DNA of 64,000 nt from Octopus sinensis. Taxonomy: Eukaryota. Where the stretch lies: the NCBI RefSeq assembly GCF_006345805.1, contig NC_042997.1, forward strand, positions 153,202,001 through 153,266,000, written 5' to 3'. Positions 54,618 through 64,000 of the stretch are shown piece by piece (within the stretch, counting starts at the first letter, position 1; every line of letters starts with the position of its first letter). The notes beneath the pieces are model-generated. The model did no database searches and was not told the origin of the DNA. It saw only the letters and a list, made by a program, of their open reading frames with translations. The position numbers and the translations under genes were made by a program.

Positions 54618-55104
54618 ATATATGTATGTATGTACTATATATATATATATATGTATGTATATATATAGTAACGATATGTATGTAAATATATATATGTATG
54701 CATGTATATATATATTATGTATGTATATATATATAATATGTATGCATATATATATATGTATGTATATGTAATATGTATGTATATATGTATGTATATTGTA
54801 TTATATGTATGTATTAATGTATATATATATGTATGTATGTATATATATATGTATGTATATATATATATATGTGTATATATATATACATATATATATATAT
54901 GTATATATATATATACACATACATATATATATATGTATATATATATACACATACATATATATATACATACATATATATATATATATGTATGTATATATGT
55001 ATAAATATATATATGTATGATGTATATATATATATGTATGTATGTATATATATATGTATGTATATATATATATATGTATATATATATATGTATGTATATA
55101 ATAT
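54285..55104. repeat. TA/TATG array
   Basis: Read directly from the sequence. Confidence 0.95.
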
Positions 55105-55365
55105 AAATCCTTAAAAAAAATGTTTTAGCCCGAAGGCCGCGGCCATGCTGGGCACCACCGCTGAATGAGCCAACTAGTTTGTGAATCCACCTCTGATACG
55201 TGGCACTTGATCAACAAGGGAGTTCGATGCTGCTGCTGCCGCATCCGCGTCTCCTGTCGTGAGGTAGGTTCATCTGGGACTTCCAACAAGAAGAGATCCA
55301 GTTTAGTTTTAAAGAAACCCACATCCACACCATGTAAGTCTCTCAGGCATTTAGGGAGGATGTTG
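55105..55365 (-). mobile_element. LINE family B copy 2, 3'-terminal ~260 bp
   Basis: Matches 44525-44780 and is truncated at CAACATCC. Confidence 0.9.
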
Positions 55366-55458
55366 TATATGTATGTATATATATATAATATATATGTATG
55401 TATATATATATATATATGTATGTATATATATATATGTATGTATATATGTATATATATG

Positions 55459-55507
<49 letters not shown>

Positions 55508-55767
55508 GTATATATATGTATGTATATATATATATGTATATATATGTATGTATATATGTATATATATGTATATGTATGTATATGTATGTATATATATGTA
55601 TATGTATGTATATGTATGTATATATATATATATGTATGTATGTATATGTATGTATATATATATATATATGTATGTATGTATATGTATGTATATATATATA
55701 TGTGTATGTATGTATATGTATGTATATATATATGTATGTATGTATATGTATGTATATATATATATAT
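55366..55767. repeat. TA/TATG array
   Basis: Read directly from the sequence. Confidence 0.95.
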
Positions 55768-57101
55768 AAATCCTTAAATCCTTAAAAATGTTTTAGCCCG
55801 AAGGCCGCGGCCATGCTGGGGCACCACCGCTGAATGAGCCACACTAGTTTGTGAATCCACCTCTGATACGTGGCACTTGATCAACAAGGGAGTTCGATGC
55901 TGCTGCCCGCATCCGCGTCTCCTGTCGTGAGGTAGGTTCATCTGGGACTTCCAACAAGAAGAGATCCAGTTTAGTTTTAAAGAAACCCACATCCACACCA
56001 TGTAAGTCTCTCAGGCATTTAGGGAGGATGTTGAAAAGCTGTGGTCCTCTGAAACCCAAGCTGTTGCAGTATCTGGACCTGTATTTTGATGGTGATGTTG
56101 GGAATCCTTGGCACCACGCAGCGGCGCCCCGTTCTGCGGTTGGAGTAACTTTGAATGCCAAAGTTTGGGATAAGACCCTCCAGGATTTTCGATGTATATT
56201 ACTGCATATCTCTCCCGCCTCCGCTCCAGGGAGAAGAGGTTTAATACCTTCAGTCTTTCCCAGTAGCTGACATTTTGCATTGAGAACGATTTTCTTTGTG
56301 TAGCTTCTCTGAGTTGCTTCGAGTTCTGCTGTTTGTTTTATATTGTGTGGTGACCAAAGTTGGGAGCAGTAGTCCAAGCGGCTGAGGACAAATGTTTTCC
56401 ATAGGACCATCAGTGTCTCCTTCTCTCTTGTTCTGAAAGTTCGGAGAATCCATCCAGCTAGCCGTCTGCATTTTATCACCAGATTAGCAATATGCATTTG
56501 GAAAGATGCATCATTGCTCATGTCAATGCCCAGGTCACGCACTGATTTTGACTCAGGGATTGCAATTCTTCCTGGGCCAGTGTATCCAGTCTTCACGTCA
56601 TTTACCTTTGTGTGCCAGTAGCGCAGGGCCTGGAACTTACCTGCATTAAACTGCATGTTGTTGTCCTCAGCCCCCCTGTATATTGTGTCCAGCTCATGTT
56701 GCAGATGCGCAATATTTTCAGGGTTCTGTATTGCGTGGGAGACCTTTGTGTCATCTGCATAGCTAGCAAGGGTGGTCATCGTAGCAACTGAAGGCATGTC
56801 TGAAAGGGCCACTATGAACATCAGTGGCCCCAAGACAGTGCCCTGTGGGACACCGCTTGTTATTTGCGTTTCCCTGGAGGTGGCTCCATTGCTCACAACT
56901 GCCTTTTTCTGTCTTTTAGGAAGTTGTGCAGCCACTCTCCAAGTTTCCCGCCTATGCCGGACCACGCAGTTTATGACAGATCATACCATGGTCGACTTTA
57001 TCAAAGGCTTTTGCAAAGTCAAGATATATTACATCCCACTTTGAGCCATTTAGTAGCTGTTTCAACACCCAGTCATAGTGCTGCAGGAGCTGTGTTAGGC
57101 A
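55768..57101 (-). mobile_element. LINE family B copy 3, ~1.33 kb, 5'-truncated in the RT
   Basis: Encodes [35 protein letters not shown] and YADD. Near-identical to 43831-44787 over the shared part. Confidence 0.9.
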
Positions 57102-57118
57102 TGTATGTATATATATGT

Positions 57119-57158
<40 letters not shown>

Positions 57159-57233
57159 GTATATATATATATGTATATATATATGTATATATATATATGT
57201 ATGTATATACATGTATATATATATATATGTATG

Positions 57234-57266
<33 letters not shown>

Positions 57267-57565
57267 GTATGTATATTTATATATATCTAGTATATATATA
57301 TATGTATGTATGTATGTATGTATCTATATATATATATGTATGTATGTATGTATATATATATATATGTATGTATGTATAATATATATATATTGTATGTATA
57401 TATATATATGTATATATATATATATGTATGTGTATAATATATAATATGTATATATATATATATGTATGTGTATATATAATATGTATATATATATATATAA
57501 TATGTATGTATTATATATATATATATGTATGTATATATATATATGTATATATATATATGTATGTG

Positions 57566-57598
<33 letters not shown>

Positions 57599-57840
57599 GT
57601 ATTATATATATTATATGGGTTATATAATATATGTATGCATATATATATATGTATGCATATAATATATATATGTATGCATATATATATATATGTATGCATA
57701 TATTATATGTATGTATGCATATATATATATATATATATGCATATATATATATGTATGCATATATATATATGTATGCATTATATATTATATGTATGCATAT
57801 ATATATATATGTGTGCATATATATATATATATATGTGTGC

Positions 57841-57871
<31 letters not shown>

Positions 57872-57879
57872 TATGTATG

Positions 57880-57916
<37 letters not shown>

Positions 57917-57939
57917 GTATGTATATATATATATGTATG

Positions 57940-57970
<31 letters not shown>

Positions 57971-58357
57971 TATATATATGTATGTATGTATATATATATG
58001 TATGTATGTATATATATATGTATGTATGTATATATATATATGTATGTATGTATATATACATGTTATATATATGTATGTATGTAATATATATATAGATATA
58101 TATGTATGTATATATATAATGTATATATATATATATGTATGTATATATATATATGTATGTAATATATATATGTATGTAATATATATATATGTATGTATAT
58201 ATTATATGTATTATATATATATAGTACTATATATATATATATATATATGTATTGTATATATATATAGTATGTATATATACATATCCATATGTATATATAT
58301 ATGTAATATATATATGTATGTATATATATATATATATATTATATATATATATGTATG

Positions 58358-58390
<33 letters not shown>

Positions 58391-58431
58391 GTATGTATAT
58401 ATATATATGTTGTATGTATATATATATATAT

Positions 58432-58463
<32 letters not shown>

Positions 58464-58470
58464 TATTATG

Positions 58471-58501
<31 letters not shown>

Positions 58502-58682
58502 GTATGTATATATATATATATATGTATGTATATATATATATATGTATGTAATATATATATGTATGTATATATATATATGTAGTATATATATATATGTATG
58601 TATAATATGTATATATATATATGTATGTATATATATATTATAGTATGTATATATATATATATATGTATGTATATATATATAG

Positions 58683-58713
<31 letters not shown>

Positions 58714-58760
58714 GGTATGTATATATATATATATATTAATGTAGATATATATATATGTAT

Positions 58761-58801
<41 letters not shown>

Positions 58802-58819
58802 GGTATATTATATATGTAT

Positions 58820-58851
<32 letters not shown>

Positions 58852-58893
58852 TGTAATGTATATATATATATATGTATGTATATTATATATATG

Positions 58894-58925
<32 letters not shown>

Positions 58926-59147
58926 TGTATGTATATATATATATATGTATGTATATATATATATATGTATGTATATATATAATACATATGTATATTATAT
59001 ATATATATGTATGTATATATATATACATATGTATGTATATATATATATATATATGTATGTATATATATATACATATGTATGTATATATATATATATATAT
59101 GTATGTATATATATTATATATATATATATTATATATATTATGTATGT
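57102..59147. repeat. ~2 kb compound TA/TATG/TGCA array
   Basis: Read directly from the sequence. Confidence 0.95.
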
Positions 59148-61234
59148 ACGAAATTTTCAAATCGCCTAAACAAACAGATTGAAAGCAGTGAAAAGTCCCG
59201 CCTAAAATAAAACTGTTGGAAATCGAAAAATGTCTGCAACTCTCCATGAAAAAGAAAGAGCAGACAAAGAAGCCTGGGCTATAGAAAACATAAAATCTAA
59301 CCCCAGAGCTTTCTACAGGTATGCCAAAGAAACAGCTACAGTGCACTGTAGAATAGGGCCACTCCTCGAAAATGATGGCACACTTACAGGAAAACCAATG
59401 AGGGTAAGTGAAATACTGAATGAGCAATTCAAGAGTGTTTTCACTCCACCCCTTGGGCATCTCCAAATCACCAATCCAACTGACTTTTTTACCACTGCAG
59501 ATATAAAATCAGAGGCGGCGACGATAGATTACATCGATATAAAGGAAGACGATGTAACCAAGGCTATAGATGAAATGAAAACAGACTCAGCTACTGGCCC
59601 CGATGGATTCCCGGTAATCCTCCTAAAAGCATGTAAGAGAGTCCTAGCAAGACCACTGCAGTTCCTCTTTCAGAGCTTCCTTGCAGCTGGCAAACTTCCA
59701 GGAAAACTGAAGGAAGGTAAAATATGCCCCATTCATAAAGGAGGTAGCAGAGCGGAAGCCAAGAACTATAGACCTATCTCTCTGACCTCACACATCAGCA
59801 AGGTCATGGAACGAATAGTCAGAAGGAAGCTGATCACCTTCCTTGAAGAGAATGACTTGCTGCCCGACACCCAACATGGTTTCCGACCAGGGAGAAGCTG
59901 TTTAACTCAGCTCCTACAACACTATGACTGGGTGCTGAAAACGGCTGCTCAACCACTCAAATGTGGAAGTGATATATCTCGACTTTGCAAAGGCCTTTGA
60001 TAAAGTCGATCATGGAATGAATGTCACAAACTGCGTGATCTCAACATAGTTGGAAACTGGGAGAATGGCTTCATGACTTTCTGAAGGATAGAAGTCAGGT
60101 GGTAGTAGCCAATGGGGCCACCCCCCTTAACACACAAATAGTGAGCGGTTTTCCGCAGGGCACTGTTCTGGGACCACTACTGTTCATAATGCCCTCTCAG
60201 ACATGCCCTCAGCCACGCAGAGAGCCACGATCACAAGTTATGCAGATGATACAAAAGTTTCACAGGCAATACAGAACCCTGAGGACACTAAACACCTGCA
60301 ATGTGAGCTGGACGAAATATACAAGTGGGCTGAAAAGAATAGCATGCAGTTCAATGCTGGAAAGTTTCAAGCTTTATACTATCAGCATGCAAAACTGAAT
60401 GCAATACCCAATGAATACACTGGACCCGGAGGATGCAATCCCAGAGGCACAATCAGTGCGTGACCTGGGTATTCACATGAGTGATGACGCGACCTTTCAT
60501 GTACATGTTGCTAAACTGACAATGAAATGTAGACGGCTGGCTGGATGGATTCTTAGAACCTTTAGAACAAGAGAACAAGAAACCATGATGGTCCTCTGGA
60601 AGACACTTGTCCTAAGCCACTTTGACTATTGCTCTCAGCTATGGTCACCATCCAGTGTCAAGTTGATCACAGAACTTGAGGCGATCCAACGAAGCTACAC
60701 AAAGAAGATAGCCTCTATGCAAAATGTAAGCTACTGGGAAAGACTCAAGAGATTAAAATTATATTCCTGGAGCGTAGGCGGGAAAGATATGCCATAATAT
60801 ACATCTGGAAGATCCTGGAGGGAAGTGTCCTGAACTTTGGCATCGAGAGTTACGCAAATGCCAGAACTGGCGCGCCACTGCGTGGTGCCTAGGACTCCAA
60901 CCTGCCATCAAGATGTAGGACAAGATTCTGTGATAGCCTGGGCTTCCGAGGCCCACAGCTCTTCAATATCCTCCCGAAGAACCTGAGAGACCTGCATGGG
61001 GTGGATACAGATGTCTTTAAAATGAAGCTGGATCTCTTCCTGTCAGGTGTTCCAGATGAACCAACTTCACGCAGGAGGGGCAGATGAGGGCAGCTGCATC
61101 GACTCTCTCATGCACCAAATAGCAGTTGCTAGAAAGCCTCCATGAAGTGAAACCAAGTAGCAACACCAATGGCGGTGCCCCAGCATGGCCACAGCTCATA
61201 AGCTGAAACTAGAATCAATCAATCAATCAATCAA
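59148..61234 (+). mobile_element. LINE family C, 5'-truncated ~2.1 kb, (AATC)n tail
   Basis: A 256-aa ORF ([31 protein letters not shown]) is followed by frameshifted RT and thumb sequence. The tail is at 61213-61234. Confidence 0.9.
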
Positions 61235-61478
61235 TATATGTATGTATATATATATATGTATGTATGTATATATATATATGTATGTATATATATATATATA
61301 TGTATGTATATATATATATTATATGTATGTATATATATATATATATATGTATTTATATATATATATATATATATGTATGTATATATATATATATGTATGT
61401 ATATATATATATGTATATATGTATGTATATATATATATGTATATATATATATGTATGTATATATATATATATATGTAT

Positions 61479-61506
<28 letters not shown>
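61235..61506. repeat. TA/TATG array
   Basis: Read directly from the sequence. Confidence 0.95.
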
Positions 61507-61509
<3 letters not shown>

Positions 61510-63003
61510 CATGCACTTATCAGCGCATGAACACAAGTACATGACTGACAAAGTTATAATTTAGTTTGAAGTATTTATTTTATGTTTCGTTAATATTGTT
61601 AATCAACAATTAAACGTCATGGCCTTACATTTATTCAGTGGTATCTTCCATGTTAGGCAAAAGAAGATTATAAGCAAGTACATAATAATAGATGTAAATA
61701 TTAATAATATATAAACTGAAACCTAAACTGTACGAAGAAAGTATCTTCCCTACTCTTCCATTACTGGCAAATAATACATAATTTTAAATGAGGTTGACCA
61801 ACTGCAATGGCTAAAATAAGAGAATGCTTAAGAACGAATAAACAATGCGAAAATTGGCAGGTCGGCATATTGGTTTTTTTTCAAAAGACAGTAATTATAT
61901 TTTAAAAAATCAGAAATATATTCAAATATGTGTTACGGACTCAAGGACTTGTCTTGTGTAATCCATCCCCTTGATTTGTAAGGCGTGCGGTGCTTCTGTA
62001 GTTTTTATGGAGCAATATACAATTCAGTATATCCATCTTCAAAAGTAAGTACATATGTGCATAAATTAAAGTGAAAACATTTTAATGAGTGATACTAAAC
62101 GGTCCAAGTATGTGTCCATATATCCTGATCTTCGAATTGACGCCATTCTATGGCAGCGTCTGTTCGAGAATGTTGCCCTGGATCTCTGTATTATAAAATG
62201 TAGTGATTTCGTCTCTAAAACCAGGGTGCAAATCGGCTGAGCTTAGAAAGTTTCAGTCGATTATATCAATTCCTATATTTCTATATTTCACTGATAAATA
62301 TCATATCGATACCGGCGAAATAAAAGCTCAAAACAACCAACCATGAATTTAAACAGAGAGTAAGAATTTATAACTAAATACCACTAAAAATTTAATTTGA
62401 TTTGCAACCGATTCCGAGTGAAAAACAATGTCAACTTTGGTGGGTTAGGAATTTAGGACGTAAAATGACTCAATTAAAACTGTCTGACATTTTATTCATA
62501 GCCCCACTGACTCCAGGAACCACAACTGTCTTAATAACTTCGAAGGAATTGTCACTTAAGAATAGATATTTTGTGAAGGAAACAGTTGATGACGTTGAGC
62601 TCAATACTTGAGTGCTACTTCATATTATCGACTAGAGAAAAATGTAATTCAAAGTAGTCCATAGCAGAACTAGAAATCAGGGCGTAACAGTACGCTGAGC
62701 AGTAATATTCTTCGATGACAATTAGTTGTAATATATTCAAGTGGTAGAGACGAGAACCCAAGTTTTAAATATTACCTAATTTTATAAACGTACGATATAT
62801 TAAATATTAGTCATAATGATGGTGGTCCTACATCTTCCATCATCTGCTCTCAAGAATATTGAGACCGTTGGTGTTTATATTCTCACCTGCGCTTAAAATG
62901 CACGTTCAGTAATAATATCCATTAATAATTTTCAGCATTAGTGTACTACTTTAAAACTCAAGGAGTCGGTATAATCAGCCTTAGTACATGAGTTGTACCA
63001 TCG

Positions 63004-63050
63004 GACAGTCCGATGATGGCTTAGCTGGCCGAAACTTCTAAGTCACTGTC
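63004..63050 (+). ncRNA. Type I hammerhead-like motif (U4C core variant)
   Basis: GACAGT-CCGATGA-T-GGC-TTAGCTG-GCC-GAA-ACTT-CT-AAGT-C-ACTGTC. Helix I is a perfect 6 bp, helix III is ACTT/AAGT and the cleavage triplet is GUC. Confidence 0.65.
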
Positions 63051-63140
63051 AATACTATTCTTGTTTAGAAAAAATAACTATAAATATATATACACACATG
63101 CACACACATATGCATACATACATAATACATACATGCATAT

Positions 63141-63181
<41 letters not shown>

Positions 63182-64000
63182 TATATAATATATATATATA
63201 TATGTATGTATTCTATAATACATGTAATACGTAAAAAAGTGTACTACTGTCGTGGAGACTCTTACAGTAGTAGAAAAGGAATTTTTTTAACTCCTATTTC
63301 TAAATTCGGTATGTGGTGAAGCAATTAGCTGACCCCTAAATATAATTATGTTTATAATTATAGAATACTTGTATAATTTTACCTATGAAGGTTATTTTTA
63401 CGTACTGAGCAACTTGGTAAAATTATTAATTAATTGATTGATTAATTAATCAATTTTACCCTTTTATTATTAATTTGAAATTATATATATATATATATAT
63501 AATATGAGGGAATATTATATGAATATGTGTGTGTGTGTGTGTGTGCGTGTGTGTGTTAAATATGATTGTACTATCATATTTAACACGTGTATAACTTGGA
63601 GGTGGAAAGACCTTACTCTGAGAAATTGTCAAAAGAAAGACTATTTCTCACACATTGCCTCCTCATCAATAGCATCATCAGATCCTTGTACACATGTATT
63701 TCTGCATTGTATTGCTTCATCAGCTCCGAATACCTAATCAGCATTTCACAGATTTAGAATATTGTTCGTATAATTACGAGCAGCAAATAGTACATTTGCT
63801 GACGTGCATAAAATTTGGCAGAGTTGAAATTAATTAACAAGAATCGTATGAAGCAGTGTTGAATAAAATATTTGCGTGCAGAATTATCTTTAGCACGGTC
63901 GTGTACATTCGGTCGTAGGAAGACTTTTCGCTGCGTAAATAGTCTAGAAAAAAAATTCTCTTCATTGATGTTATATTTTACATCACCAAACATTAAGATT

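Noticed and set aside
62491-62611. Candidate terminal exon (APLTPGTTTVL...VELNT*)
   Set aside because: No homology recognised and no supporting neighbouring exons.

Overview
This is AT-rich eukaryotic, repeat-dominated genomic DNA. The SINE families and the dense (TA)n/(CA)n/(TAGA)n/(TATG)n microsatellites resemble octopus sequence; that taxon call is recognition from memory and was not searched. I could not confidently identify any host gene exon, and most ORFs in the supplied track are translated microsatellites. Positions 1-42 kb hold old TE debris: tRNA-derived SINEs, non-autonomous Helitrons, hAT and Tc1/mariner MITEs, a decayed mariner, R4/Dong-, RTE- and Penelope-like remnants, a 0.9 kb tandem duplication and several inverted repeats. 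Positions 43-61.5 kb are a cluster of young retroelements, each inserted in TA-rich arrays. One is a ~4.5 kb apparently full-length CR1/L2-group LINE whose ORF1 combines a Myb/SANT-like domain, poly-Q and a CCCH finger. The cluster also has four 5'-truncated copies of two related LINE families and a Neptune-like Penelope element arranged as a 2 kb-arm inverted repeat. That Penelope element ends in a minimal hammerhead ribozyme with a U3-A8 compensatory core, and other variant hammerhead motifs are scattered through the window. Many frameshifts in the young elements are 1-bp indels at homopolymers, so some may be consensus errors. All alignments and domain calls were made by eye.
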